DNA of 35,518 nt from Candidatus Aenigmatarchaeota archaeon (GCA_043799675.1 JAZDNN010000009.1:1-35518); one strand, 5' to 3'; shown: positions 1 through 9,507, counted from the first letter of the stretch. Numbers and translations: made by a program. Notes: a model not told the origin generated them from the sequence alone.

Positions 1-411
1 AGCCCGCTGATTTCCCTCGGGACCGCCGACCTGATAATCGGGCTAGAAAGGCTGGAAACCGTAAGGGCACTTGATTTCTCCGGGAAGAAGACAGCGGTGC
101 TGATGGACCCGCGCTCGGCAGTACCGACAATAATGTCAATCAGGAAGCAGAAATACCCTAGCGAGGCTGAGGCAATCAGGACGATAAAGAAGTTCACGAA
201 AGGAAAGGTGGTTTCTTCCGCTGCAACTGAGGAAGTGAAAAAGCTCGGCGCAGACCCGATTGCAGCCAACATCTACCTGCTTGGAAGGGCTTCTGCCCTC
301 AAGATGCTGCCGCTGAAGGAAAATGAAATTATCGCAGGGATAAGGGACGTCGTGCCCCCTGCCGTGTTCGAACTGAACAAACGACTGTTTGAAGCGGGAC
401 TGAAAGGCTAG
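1..411 (+). CDS. iorB: Indolepyruvate/2-oxoacid:ferredoxin oxidoreductase beta(gamma)-type subunit, 5'-truncated by window
   Basis: Frame +1 is open from base 1: SPLISLGTADLIIGLERLETVRAL...AANIYLLG...ELNKRLFEAG, typical IorB/PorG motifs. Confidence 0.75.
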   Translation, partial: SPLISLGTADLIIGLERLETVRALDFSGKKTAVLMDPRSAVPTIMSIRKQKYPSEAEAIRTIKKFTKGKVVSSAATEEVKKLGADPIAANIYLLGRASALKMLPLKENEIIAGIRDVVPPAVFELNKRLFEAGLKG

Positions 412-444
412 CTCCTTATAAACTATAGGCGGGAATGAGCCCTC

Positions 445-1773
445 ATGAAATTCGAAGAGCTCAAGCTGAGGTCGGATCTTCTGAAGGGGCTGAAGGAAGC
501 GGGCTTCGAGGAGACGTTCGCAATCCAGGAGAAAGCAACCCCGATTGCACTTGAAGGGAAGGATGTCATAGGAAAGGCCCAGTCAGGCTCTGGCAAGACG
601 CTGGCATTTCTCATCCCTGTCATCGAAAGGGTCCACAAAGGCAAGGGGACGCAGGCGCTGATTATCGCACCGACCAGGGAATTAGCCATGCAGATAGAGG
701 ACGTGTTCAAGATAATCGCGAAGTACACGGGCATCCGCTCGGTTTCGGTCTATGGCGGCAAGTCCATAGACGTGCAGGCAAGGGCACTCAGGGCGGGAGT
801 CGAGGTGATAATGGCGACCCCCGGCAGGCTGATGGACCACATGGAGAGAAGGAACGTGGACCTCTGCAACACGCAGATAGTGGTTCTGGATGAAGCGGAC
901 CGGATGCTGGACATGGGTTTCATCGAGGACATCGATCACATATTGAAATACACCCCGTGCGGCAGGCAGACCATGCTTTTTTCGGCCACACTGCCGGATG
1001 AAATCAGGCGGATTGTGCACAGGTACATGCATGATCCCGTGACAGTGGAACTTAACAGGGAAGCACCCACCGTAACGACGGTCGTCCATGAGGCATGGAT
1101 AGCGATGGACGGAGACAAGGTGGCGTGCCTGAAGCACGTGATTGACAAGGAGAAGCCTTCGGCCTGCATCATTTTCGTCGAGATGAAGAGGGAAGCGGAC
1201 ATGCTTGAACGGATACTTTCGAGATATTACAGCGTGGCTGCAATCCACGGGGACCTTTCGCAATCACAGCGAGAAAACGTATTACACAATTTCCGGGACA
1301 AAAAGATCCCTTACCTCATAGCGACCGACGTCGCGGCAAGGGGGCTGGACATCCCGCTGGTCAGCCACGTGTTCAACTTCGACCTGCCAAAGGACGTGGA
1401 GACATTCATACACAGGGTCGGAAGAACGGGAAGGGCCGGATTACACGGGCGGGCAATTCACATAGCCCTTCCGGGCGACTACAACCAGATTGCCGCAATC
1501 GAGCACCTCGCAAAGGTGAAGATACCGCATTTCCAGTTCCACGGCACACTCTCCTCTGAAGAGGCGATGAAACTGTCGGAAATGATGACCTCGCGTGACA
1601 CAATAATCCCGAAGTGGGGCAAGCGGACGGGCGGAAGAGGCGGCAGCAGGAGAGGACCTCCAAGATTTGTAAGAAGGGGCAGCGGCAGTTACGGTAATCG
1701 CGGGCGCAGCGGCGGCGGTGGCGGTTTCAAGGGCGCAGGGCCCAGATGGAGACGTCACGGCAGCGGACGGTAA
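445..1773 (+). CDS. DEAD-box ATP-dependent RNA helicase with RGG-rich C-terminal tail
   Basis: AQSGSGKT, PTRELA, TPGR, DEAD, SAT, HRVGRTGRAG; TATA-like TTATAAA about 25 nt upstream. Confidence 0.97.
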   Translation: MKFEELKLRSDLLKGLKEAGFEETFAIQEKATPIALEGKDVIGKAQSGSGKTLAFLIPVIERVHKGKGTQALIIAPTRELAMQIEDVFKIIAKYTGIRSVSVYGGKSIDVQARALRAGVEVIMATPGRLMDHMERRNVDLCNTQIVVLDEADRMLDMGFIEDIDHILKYTPCGRQTMLFSATLPDEIRRIVHRYMHDPVTVELNREAPTVTTVVHEAWIAMDGDKVACLKHVIDKEKPSACIIFVEMKREADMLERILSRYYSVAAIHGDLSQSQRENVLHNFRDKKIPYLIATDVAARGLDIPLVSHVFNFDLPKDVETFIHRVGRTGRAGLHGRAIHIALPGDYNQIAAIEHLAKVKIPHFQFHGTLSSEEAMKLSEMMTSRDTIIPKWGKRTGGRGGSRRGPPRFVRRGSGSYGNRGRSGGGGGFKGAGPRWRRHGSGR

Positions 1774-1775
1774 AG

Positions 1776-2243
1776 CTACAGGTTTCTTTCTAGGCACGCG
1801 TTGTAATCCTCAAAACCGTTTCTTCTATAGAAATCTATCGCTCTCGAATTCTGTGCAGAAACAACTACACGGACCCTGTTAACTTTCATCCTTTTGCACC
1901 AATCAAAGAACGCATCAACCAGTTTTGTCCCTGTACCGGCGCTCCTGTATTTTTCAAGTACAATCATGTTTTCCAGTTCTGCTATCATCATTCCGTTCCT
2001 GTAAAGTTCCGGATTAACCAACCCACCGACTGCATACCCAACCACTTCCTTTCCAGCCGTTGCCACAAAAGCAAATCCTTTATTGATTCTTTCCTCAAAA
2101 TACGTCCTTCCTTCAGGTCTCAGCGGCCAATCAGGATTTATCGTCTGGTCGAAATTTTCGTACTCCTTCTTGCAGAGTTCGTGATTCAAGCCCTGTATAC
2201 TCTTCAAATCGCCTGAAGTTGCGATGCGTATCTTAACGTCCAT
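1776..2243 (-). CDS. GNAT family N-acetyltransferase
   Basis: Motif A VLEKYRSAGTGTKL and motif B NSRAIDFYRRNGF. Confidence 0.9.
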   Translation of the reverse strand: MDVKIRIATSGDLKSIQGLNHELCKKEYENFDQTINPDWPLRPEGRTYFEERINKGFAFVATAGKEVVGYAVGGLVNPELYRNGMMIAELENMIVLEKYRSAGTGTKLVDAFFDWCKRMKVNRVRVVVSAQNSRAIDFYRRNGFEDYNACLERNL

Positions 2244-2275
2244 GATAAGAGATTACTTTCCGGTACTTTAAGCTT

Positions 2276-2545
2276 TCACTTCTTTTCCTTCTTCATGTAC
2301 GGCTTGCAGACCTTCCAGGCCTTGTCAACTTCCTTCTTCCCTTCATACAACAAAATCCCGGCATTGCGAAGGTGCGCGGAGACAACTGGCCTTCCTCTTC
2401 TCTCGTCGCTGATGCCGTCTTCCGACAGGCAATCCGACATGCAACCGATGAAATAAGCGGTCCGCTCATAGCTCATGTTTACAATTGCCCTGGCAAGCTC
2501 CTTCAACGTACCGTCATAACCTTCAACGGTTTGCGGGTGCTTCAT
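2276..2545 (-). CDS. Small hypothetical protein (helical)
   Basis: 89-aa ORF packed between rfcS and the GNAT gene on the same strand. Confidence 0.7.
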   Translation of the reverse strand: MKHPQTVEGYDGTLKELARAIVNMSYERTAYFIGCMSDCLSEDGISDERRGRPVVSAHLRNAGILLYEGKKEVDKAWKVCKPYMKKEKK

Positions 2546-2549
2546 CGAA

Positions 2550-3494
2550 TCACTTAACCATCGCGCTGAGCTGAGCCAAAAGAGCTTCTATCTGTATCTG
2601 CGGGGTGCCTCCGGAAGCTATCCTGTACTCGTATTCACCGACCTTCTCGATGAGCTCTATCTTTTCCTTCTCCGGGAGCTGCAACTCGAACACCTGCCTG
2701 CCGGCCTCGCGGATTATGTCCTCTCCCGCCACTCCGTCGGCCAGCAATTGAAGTAGAAGGGCGCGGGACTGAGCGAACCTTCCGACCACCGCTTCCTGCA
2801 GCATCTGCCTGACCTGATGCGGATGGGCGGCGGCAGCTATCTCATAAATGACCTCCTCGTTGATGGGCTGCTTCGAAGCTGCTGCTTGCAGGATATTGAC
2901 TGCCCTCCGCATGTCGCCCTCGGAAAGGTGGAGGACCGCCGGAATCGCATCGCCGTCGAGCTGCAGCTTCTCGCCCTCGGTTATCCGTTTGAGGAAGCCC
3001 TCCGCCTGCTGTTCGGTCAGGGGCTTGAACCGGAAAACGGCGCACCTGCTCTGGATGGGTTCGATTATCTTGCTCGAATAGTTCGCTATCAGGATGAAGC
3101 GGGTCGTCTCGCTGTAGCGTTCCATGGTCCTTCTCAGGGCATGCTGTGCCTCGGATGTCAACGAATCCGCTTCATCAAGGCAAATCAGCTTGCATTCCAC
3201 CGCTATCGGTTTTGTCCGGGCAAAATCCTTTATCTTGGTGCGGACAACATCGATTCCCCTCTCATCGGAGGCGTTCAGTTCAAGGTAGTTGGAGTGCCAA
3301 TTAGGGCCATACAGCTCGTGGGCTATCGCCAAGGCGGCAGTGGTCTTGCCGCAGCCGGGCGGACCGGCAAAAAGCATGTGCGGAAGGCCCCTGGTCAGGA
3401 AGGACTTGAGTCTGGCCAATATCTCGTCCTGCCCGACTATCTCGTCAAGCCTCGAGGGGCGGTACTTCTCGGTCCAGAGTTCGAAATCCGTCAT
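2550..3494 (-). CDS. rfcS: Replication factor C small subunit
   Basis: WTEKYRP, GPPGCGKT, ELNASDERGI, DEAD, IQSRC; no intein. Confidence 0.97.
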   Translation of the reverse strand: MTDFELWTEKYRPSRLDEIVGQDEILARLKSFLTRGLPHMLFAGPPGCGKTTAALAIAHELYGPNWHSNYLELNASDERGIDVVRTKIKDFARTKPIAVECKLICLDEADSLTSEAQHALRRTMERYSETTRFILIANYSSKIIEPIQSRCAVFRFKPLTEQQAEGFLKRITEGEKLQLDGDAIPAVLHLSEGDMRRAVNILQAAASKQPINEEVIYEIAAAAHPHQVRQMLQEAVVGRFAQSRALLLQLLADGVAGEDIIREAGRQVFELQLPEKEKIELIEKVGEYEYRIASGGTPQIQIEALLAQLSAMVK

Positions 3495-3529
3495 ATCGGT
3501 TTTATAATGCAGCGAACCGATTTAAACAT

Positions 3530-4057
3530 GTGAGAGCTTCAGTGATAGCCTTGACCGGGACGCCCGGAACGGGGAAAACCACGGTCGCCAAAATAGTGGC
3601 AAAGAGGACCGGGTGGACCCATCTCGACCTCAACAAGGAGATAGTCAGGAGGAAGCTTTACTCCGGTTATGACCACAAAAGAAAGAGCTACATAGCGGAC
3701 ATGAAGAAAGTGACCGCTTTCGTCAAAGAATTTGTCGCAAAGGAGAACGGCGTGATAGTTGACGGACACCTTTCGCATAATCTCCCCGCAAACGTCGTCG
3801 ATGAAGTCATAATCCTCAGGTGCAGCCCGGCAGTGCTGAAAAAAAGGCTGGAAGGGAAGAAATGGCCGAAGGAAAAGGTGGCGGAAAACGTGGAGGCCGA
3901 AAGGATAGGAATAGTGGCGTGGGAGGCACGGAAGAACCACAGGAACATAACCGAAATTGACACGACGCGGGCCGGCCAGGAAGCCGTCGCGACCAAGATT
4001 GAAAAGGCTTTAAAAGGTCGGCCACCGAAAGGTAAGGACATCGAATGGTTGAAGTGA
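3530..4057 (+). CDS. Archaeal adenylate kinase AK6/Fap7 family
   Basis: ITGTPGTGKTT-like P-loop (LTGTPGTGKTT), IVDGHLSH, LRC..L.KRL..K.W...KV.EN. Confidence 0.9.
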   Translation: MRASVIALTGTPGTGKTTVAKIVAKRTGWTHLDLNKEIVRRKLYSGYDHKRKSYIADMKKVTAFVKEFVAKENGVIVDGHLSHNLPANVVDEVIILRCSPAVLKKRLEGKKWPKEKVAENVEAERIGIVAWEARKNHRNITEIDTTRAGQEAVATKIEKALKGRPPKGKDIEWLK

Positions 4058-4061
4058 TTTC

Positions 4062-4238
4062 ATGCCAAAAGTCAAAATACCGGCTGCAATGAACAGGATA
4101 TACGAAAGGATGTGGATATGCATGCGCTGCAACAGCCACATAAGGGCCAACGCGGATGCGGTAGCCGAAAAAAGAGTGAAATGCCGGCGCTGCGGGTACA
4201 AGGGATTGCGGCCGAAAAGCAAGGAACGAAAGGTCTGA
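4062..4238 (+). CDS. rpl40e: 50S ribosomal protein L40e (58 aa, absent from the ORF track)
   Basis: Manual translation MPKVKIPAAMNRIYERMWICMRCNSHIRANADAVAEKRVKCRRCGYKGLRPKSKERKV; ICMRC...KCRRCGYKGLRPK signature. Confidence 0.92.
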   Translation: MPKVKIPAAMNRIYERMWICMRCNSHIRANADAVAEKRVKCRRCGYKGLRPKSKERKV

Positions 4239-5066
4239 GTGAGCAACTTGCTGCCATACATGGAACTTCTTAGACCGGTCAACGGGGCAATGGCCATAGC
4301 GGGCGTAATCATAGGGGCGGCGCTCGGAGGAGTAGGATTCATGCCCCCGCCGACGGAGCTCCTGATTGCGGCACTGGTCTCGTTCCTGATATCCGGCGCG
4401 GGGATGACGCTGAACGATTACTTCGATTTCAGGATAGACTTCATGAACCGCCCCAACCGGCCGCTGCCCAGCGGCAGGATAAGCACGAACGCGGCAATGT
4501 CCTGGGCCGCAATACTGTATGGCACCGCAATAGGGTTCTCGGTGTTCGCGCTGCCGTGGCAGCTCACGTCCCTGGCAGCCATGAACATACTGGCCACCTT
4601 CCTGTACGCGTGGTGGCTGAAACGGACGGCAGTGGGAAATTTCATGGTCTCGTGGCTAGTTGCATCGACGTTCATCTTCGGAGCCATGCTCGGGGTCATA
4701 AACCCCGCGGTGGTCGCGGTTGCCGGAATGGCGTTCACCATCAACCTCTCAAGGGAGATAATCAAATCCCTTGAAGACGTCAAGGGGGATAAGGTGAACG
4801 GGGCGAAGACGTTCGTGGTCGCAATCGGAAGGGACGCAGCCGAGTGGGCATCTCTGTCGTTCCTGTTCATCGGGATAGGGATGTCAATCGTGCCGTACGT
4901 ACTGGGGCAGCTCAAGTTCGGCTACCTGCTGCTGATAATCCCCTCGGACTTGCTTGCCGCATGGGCAGGCTGGCAGACGTTTGAAAACACCGGAAAGGCG
5001 CAAAAATACGTGAAATATGCGATGATACTGGCACTAGTGGCCTTCGCACTCGGCCTTGTGTTTTAA
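4239..5066 (+). CDS. Digeranylgeranylglyceryl phosphate synthase (UbiA prenyltransferase family)
   Basis: LLRPVN, NDYFDFRIDFMNRPNRPLPSGRI, REIIKSLEDVKGD; multiple TM helices. Confidence 0.88.
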   Translation: MSNLLPYMELLRPVNGAMAIAGVIIGAALGGVGFMPPPTELLIAALVSFLISGAGMTLNDYFDFRIDFMNRPNRPLPSGRISTNAAMSWAAILYGTAIGFSVFALPWQLTSLAAMNILATFLYAWWLKRTAVGNFMVSWLVASTFIFGAMLGVINPAVVAVAGMAFTINLSREIIKSLEDVKGDKVNGAKTFVVAIGRDAAEWASLSFLFIGIGMSIVPYVLGQLKFGYLLLIIPSDLLAAWAGWQTFENTGKAQKYVKYAMILALVAFALGLVF

Positions 5067-5954
5067 CGCCCCGCCGATTCCTTCCTCATACCTTACCTTG
5101 GGCTGCCAACCGAGCTCGCGCTTCGCCTTCGTGCAATCGAAAATACGGTCAGCTGCGATGGTATCCACGGCAGAGCTTTTCACAAAGAGCCTTCCCACCG
5201 TGCGGAGCAACCAAAGCGGAACATGCAGCTTCGGGGGTTTCACCCCCTGCACACGGGCTATTACGCCGAGGAGCTCCTCCTGCGTCCTCGCGTCATCGCT
5301 GACAATATCATACGCCTCGCCCGGCCTCCCTTTGTCCTTTGCCAGAACGAGAGCGGATACCAGATCATCGACATGGGTCCACTGCAGACGGTTCTTTCCC
5401 GAGCCGGCTATGACCGCTTTCATCCGTTTCACCATTCCGAACAGCTTCAGGAAACCCTCGTCACATCCCGGACCATAAACAAGAGTAGGCCTCAGCACAA
5501 CGGCTCCCAACTCACGGGCCAGCTTATCCGCCGCCGCCTTGCTCTCGCCGTAGACATCCGTTGGCACGAAAGGTGTCTTCTCGGTTATCGTAGAGCGGGA
5601 ACCCTTTCCGTAAATCTTGCCGTAGACCGAAGAGGAGCTGAGGTAAACCAGCCTCTTTCCGTGCCCGGCTTCCAGGATATTGCGGGTCCCTTCCAGGTTT
5701 ATCCTGAACATCTCCTTGCGCGGGGCGTTTGAAACCTGAGCAGCCAAATGATAAACGACATCGATTCCCTTCATTGCCTCGAACACGGCGCTCCGGTCCA
5801 TGATATCCCCGTGAATTATCTGCACGGAGCCGCCCCAAAGCCCCCTTGCCTTGTCCTGGTCGCGGACAAGGACGCGCACCTTCTCCCCTTTCTTCAACAG
5901 GGCCGGAACAAGGTGCCTGCCTATCCTGCCGGTCGCACCGGTGACCAATATCAT
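5034..5954 (-). CDS. NAD-dependent epimerase/dehydratase (extended SDR)
   Basis: ILVTGATGRIG, YHLAA, SSSSVYG, YGESK; start chosen at MILVTG (alternative 5963). Confidence 0.9.
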   Translation of the reverse strand: MILVTGATGRIGRHLVPALLKKGEKVRVLVRDQDKARGLWGGSVQIIHGDIMDRSAVFEAMKGIDVVYHLAAQVSNAPRKEMFRINLEGTRNILEAGHGKRLVYLSSSSVYGKIYGKGSRSTITEKTPFVPTDVYGESKAAADKLARELGAVVLRPTLVYGPGCDEGFLKLFGMVKRMKAVIAGSGKNRLQWTHVDDLVSALVLAKDKGRPGEAYDIVSDDARTQEELLGVIARVQGVKPPKLHVPLWLLRTVGRLFVKSSAVDTIAADRIFDCTKAKRELGWQPKVRYEEGIGGALKHKAECEGH

Positions 5955-6003
5955 GAAGAACATTCTATCGGGAGCCTTTAATAATGGAACGGGAATCATA
6001 TCT

Positions 6004-6471
6004 ATGCACAAGTACGTCCGATTGGCAATTTCGATAATCATATGCCAGATGGCAGGGATAATCGGCGCGGTGTTCACCACGCCGAACATAGCGACCTGGT
6101 ATGCCACACTGAACAAACCGATGTTCACACCGCCCAACTGGGTATTCGGTCCCGTCTGGCTGACCCTCTACACCTTGATGGGAATCGCACTCTGGTTGAT
6201 ATGGAGCAAAGGCATAGGCAAGGAAACGAAACCTGCTCTCTATCCGTTCGCGGCCCAACTTGGACTCAACACCATATGGTCGATAATGTTCTTCGGATTG
6301 CAAAGCCCGTTGCTGGGGCTGGTGACAATAATACCGCTCTGGCTGCTCATCGCCTACACGATATTCAAATTCTACAAACTGGACAGGAATGCAGCTTACC
6401 TGCTGATTCCGTACATACTCTGGGGCACGGTAGCCACATACCTGAACATCGGAGTATTCCTCCTGAACTGA
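6004..6471 (+). CDS. tspO: TspO/MBR tryptophan-rich sensory protein
   Basis: WYATLNKPMFTPPNWVFGPVWLTLY...LNTIWSIMFFG...LIPYILW; start at MHKYV. Confidence 0.93.
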   Translation: MHKYVRLAISIIICQMAGIIGAVFTTPNIATWYATLNKPMFTPPNWVFGPVWLTLYTLMGIALWLIWSKGIGKETKPALYPFAAQLGLNTIWSIMFFGLQSPLLGLVTIIPLWLLIAYTIFKFYKLDRNAAYLLIPYILWGTVATYLNIGVFLLN

Positions 6472-6519
6472 GCTTCCGGGGACACATTTCTTTAAAAATC
6501 ACAACAAAGAACACTTTGC

Positions 6520-6819
6520 ATGGCAGGCGAGATTGACAGGATAATCAAGGAGAAGAACCTGAAGGCGGGGGATGCGGGCTACCACACCCTCCGGCCGCTT
6601 GAGAACAACGGCAGGATACGTGCCCTTGTAATCAAAGGGGAGAACCAGGCGCACATCGAATACACCTGCCCGAGTTGCGGGCATTCGGGATACAGACAGC
6701 AGGCATGGACGGTAGCAAGCAAAGGCTCGAAGTTCCGTTTCATGACAAAATGCGACAAGTGCGGGTTCGAGATAAAGATATCGAAGCTGAAGGGCGAGAA
6801 AAAGAAGAAAGAAAAATGA
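6520..6819 (+). CDS. Basic Zn-ribbon hypothetical protein
   Basis: CPSC and CDKC pairs, Lys-rich C-terminus; TTTAAAAA upstream. Confidence 0.7.
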   Translation: MAGEIDRIIKEKNLKAGDAGYHTLRPLENNGRIRALVIKGENQAHIEYTCPSCGHSGYRQQAWTVASKGSKFRFMTKCDKCGFEIKISKLKGEKKKKEK

Positions 6820-6849
6820 GCATTTAACCTTTTCCGGCGAATCATCTGC

Positions 6850-7002
6850 ATGGCACCGCTCTACCGGTCCGAACATCACAGGCTCCAGACGACGTTCGAC
6901 CCGAAGGACGTGGAACCCGGCTACATTTTCGGCGGCGATAAAATCTGGACGGCTGTACGACAACGGAAATACGAAAGAAAGGGCGGTAACCTGCTCGGAT
7001 AG
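6850..7002 (+). CDS. Possible 50-aa small protein
   Basis: Manual translation MAPLYRSEHHRLQTTFDPKDVEPGYIFGGDKIWTAVRQRKYERKGGNLLG; fills the gap exactly; TTTAA at about 6823. Confidence 0.4.
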   Translation: MAPLYRSEHHRLQTTFDPKDVEPGYIFGGDKIWTAVRQRKYERKGGNLLG

Positions 7003-7008
7003 ACGCAA

Positions 7009-7779
7009 TCAGACCTTCATCTTCTTGAAAGCGTACGTGCCGACCATGATTATTCCGATAGTAAATGCACCCAAGACGCTGATGTCAAATAACACTGGGA
7101 AGCGCGCGACACCCACAAGGACCGAGCGCAGTGCGTCAACGCAATAGGTCAATGGATTCAGCAGGGTGAGCGGCTCGAACCATGCGGGCAGGTTGCTGAT
7201 TGAGAACAGGGCGCCCGAGAGAAGGAACATGGGGAAAACCACGAAACCGGAAATCATCTGGAAGCCCTCGGGACTTTCCATCCGGGAGCCGATTATCAAG
7301 CCAAGACTGACCATCGAGGCGGTCGAAAGAAATATTATCAGTACCGCGGAGGCGATTGACAGCGGGGTGAACAGCAGGCCTGGTATGATCCCGGAAAAGG
7401 TCAGCACCATTCCGAGAACCAGGAGTATCATCGACTGCAGCAGGGAATCGGTGGCCCCGCCAAGGACCTTTCCGAAAAACACCGAGGTCCGCGAGATGGG
7501 GGCAACCAGCACTTCTTTCAGGAAGTCTATCTTCCTGTCCCACACGATATACGCGCCGAAATAAATCGAACCGAACAGAAGTGTCATTGCGATCATTCCG
7601 GGGAATATGAACGCCTGGTAAGTGGTTCCGGGGACCTCCACGCTCGCCCCGAGACCGCCGCCAAACACAACCAACCAGATTATCGGTGTCACTACGGAAG
7701 ACACTATTCTTGACCGCTCGCGCAGGAAGACCTTCACTTCCCGGTACCACATCGCATAGATGCCCGTGATATTGCTCAT
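7009..7779 (-). CDS. ABC-2 type transporter permease (DrrB-like)
   Basis: FIFPGMIAM, FLKEVLVAPISR, LSGALF, LNPLTYCVDALR. Confidence 0.93.
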   Translation of the reverse strand: MSNITGIYAMWYREVKVFLRERSRIVSSVVTPIIWLVVFGGGLGASVEVPGTTYQAFIFPGMIAMTLLFGSIYFGAYIVWDRKIDFLKEVLVAPISRTSVFFGKVLGGATDSLLQSMILLVLGMVLTFSGIIPGLLFTPLSIASAVLIIFLSTASMVSLGLIIGSRMESPEGFQMISGFVVFPMFLLSGALFSISNLPAWFEPLTLLNPLTYCVDALRSVLVGVARFPVLFDISVLGAFTIGIIMVGTYAFKKMKV

Positions 7780-8744
7780 TTGTTCGACCTCACGTTCATC
7801 ACCCGCTGCGCCCAGCCGCCTTCGGGGGTGTTGTCGCGGATTTCCTTTCCGGTATAATGGATGAAAACGTCCTCCAACGTAGGCCTGTGCACCTGTACGG
7901 ATTCCACGTCACCCACAACTTTCAGGATTTCATTCAGGTGTTTGCTGGCGTCGGTCACCGTAAGCAGGAAGGAGCCGTCCTTGGCCTCGACCTTCTTCAC
8001 AAACGGAAGTTCCTTCAGTCTGCCGGAATCGCATCCCTTGCATTTGAGTTCTATGACGTCGCCGCCGACCACGCGCTTGAGGTTGTCCGGAGTATCCAGC
8101 GCGACTATCTTCCCGAGGTCTATTATCGCGATGCGGTCGCACAGCCTGTCGGCCTCGTCCATGTAGTGCGTGGTGATTATGACGGTCATTTTCTCCTCGC
8201 TTGAAAGTTTTTCTATGTACTTCCAGATGTTCTCGCGCGCCTGCGGGTCCAGCCCCAGCGTGGGCTCGTCCAGGAAAAGCACCTTCGGATGGTGCATCAA
8301 TCCTCGGGCAAGCTCGAGCCTCCTGCGCATCCCGCCGGAGTAGTTCTTCACCCTTTCGTTCCTGCGCTCGTACAGGTCGACAAGTTCGAGCACCTCCTTG
8401 ATCCGCTTCTCGCGCAGCTCGGCCGGCATCCCGTACAGAAGGCCGTGCAGCTTGAGGTTTTCATAGCCCGTAAGCGTGTCATCGGAGCTGGGGTCCTGAA
8501 ACACTATGCCGATGGATTTTCTCACCTTGCTCGAATCCTTCAGCACATCGAAGCCGTTCACCGTAGCGGAACCCGAGGTAGGCTTTCTGAGGGTCGCAAG
8601 CATGAGAAGCATGGTGGATTTTCCCGCTCCGTTCGGACCCAGCAGGCCGAATATCTCCCCGTCCTCAATCTTCAAATCTACATCGTTAACGGCGGTCAGT
8701 TCCTTGTATTTCTTGGTCAGATTCTTGGTTTCTATGATAGGCAT
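7776..8744 (-). CDS. ABC transporter ATP-binding subunit (DrrA-like)
   Basis: GPNGAGKST, YSGGMRRR, LFLDEPT, TTHYMDEA; 4-nt overlap with the permease. Confidence 0.95.
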   Translation of the reverse strand: MPIIETKNLTKKYKELTAVNDVDLKIEDGEIFGLLGPNGAGKSTMLLMLATLRKPTSGSATVNGFDVLKDSSKVRKSIGIVFQDPSSDDTLTGYENLKLHGLLYGMPAELREKRIKEVLELVDLYERRNERVKNYSGGMRRRLELARGLMHHPKVLFLDEPTLGLDPQARENIWKYIEKLSSEEKMTVIITTHYMDEADRLCDRIAIIDLGKIVALDTPDNLKRVVGGDVIELKCKGCDSGRLKELPFVKKVEAKDGSFLLTVTDASKHLNEILKVVGDVESVQVHRPTLEDVFIHYTGKEIRDNTPEGGWAQRVMNVRSNK

Positions 8745-8797
8745 CCGATAACACGGCGTTCCGTCTTTTTTAAAACAAAAGGACTTGCAGGTGAGAC

Positions 8798-8868
8798 TGG
8801 AGCCTCGGGCGAGAGTTTCGCCAACCTCCCTTGTGCACCTTTGGGAAGTGCATCGAACTCGCGACCTT
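8798..8868 (-). pseudogene. Orphan 3' half of a tRNA-Thr (variable loop, T-arm, acceptor 3' strand, CCA) with a 37-nt T-loop intron at 59/60 (8815-8851)
   Basis: Minus strand AAGGTC-GCGAG-TTCGAT[GCACTTCCCAAAGGTGCACAAGGGAGGTTGGCGAAAC]T-CTCGC-CCGAGGC-T-CCA; acceptor strand identical to the tRNA-Thr at 9567; BHB central helix TTCG/CGAA with ATG and ACT bulges; no D-arm or anticodon arm adjacent. Confidence 0.8.
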
Positions 8869-8871
8869 ATT

Positions 8872-9507
8872 TTAACACGAGAATCTTTTTATCAAATCAA
8901 CCTTTTCTGGATTCTTGAGAGGAATGCAAGCAATGATTTTTGCAGCATCCCGCCTGTGAACGTATATCTGATGATAGGTATGGCCCTTGTATAACCATGG
9001 GCATGATTTGAAAGGTATTTTATTTCTTTTGAACATATCTTTACAAAACCTACCAAGTTCGGCACTCGCAGTACAAAGACCGAATCCTGAACCTTTCTTG
9101 CCGCCGTCAGTATCCAGAAGGCCGGCAAGAAAATGAACATGATATTTATCAGGCATTTCTGGAACAGATGCGATCCTTGCTTTCCTGCCCACTGTCATGC
9201 CAAGACCCTCCAAGAATTTATAAATCTGTATCGATTCTATCCGGCTGACATATAATATTTTTCTACTCTTCCTGTCCCTGGGAACAACATTAGGTTCAAC
9301 ATGAAATAGTCTTTGAAATATGGAACCGTAAAATCTGCAAAACCCTTCGAACTCGCATAAAAAATAAATCATATACCTTTGCTGCAATTTCCCGTTTGGT
9401 CTTCTGGAAGCTGTTTTGGGCATGCTGCCGTCACCGGTTATTAGACCGCAAAGGTATGCCAAATCAGCACTCCATTTCTTAGGTAAAGAAACATCGTACA
9501 TCATCAT
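8872..9507 (-). CDS. Free-standing two-motif LAGLIDADG homing endonuclease-like protein
   Basis: AYLCGLITGDGS and HFLAGLLDTDGG motifs; no intein splicing termini; visibly AT-richer than the flanks; TTATATT about 20-25 nt upstream. Confidence 0.88.
   Translation of the reverse strand: MMMYDVSLPKKWSADLAYLCGLITGDGSMPKTASRRPNGKLQQRYMIYFLCEFEGFCRFYGSIFQRLFHVEPNVVPRDRKSRKILYVSRIESIQIYKFLEGLGMTVGRKARIASVPEMPDKYHVHFLAGLLDTDGGKKGSGFGLCTASAELGRFCKDMFKRNKIPFKSCPWLYKGHTYHQIYVHRRDAAKIIACIPLKNPEKVDLIKRFSC

Noticed and set aside
1620..1770. GGC-rich low-complexity tract
   Set aside because: Encodes the ordinary RGG tail of the DEAD-box helicase.
5851..6137. Overlapping N-terminal extensions of tspO and the epimerase (likewise MDH/matrixin, thiI and hel308 extensions)
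   Set aside because: Family homology starts at downstream ATGs flanking a central TATA block.
8872..9507. LAGLIDADG ORF as an intein or group I intron ORF
   Set aside because: No host extein, no Cys/Ser N-terminus or His-Asn C-terminus, and no room for a ribozyme core in the flanks.
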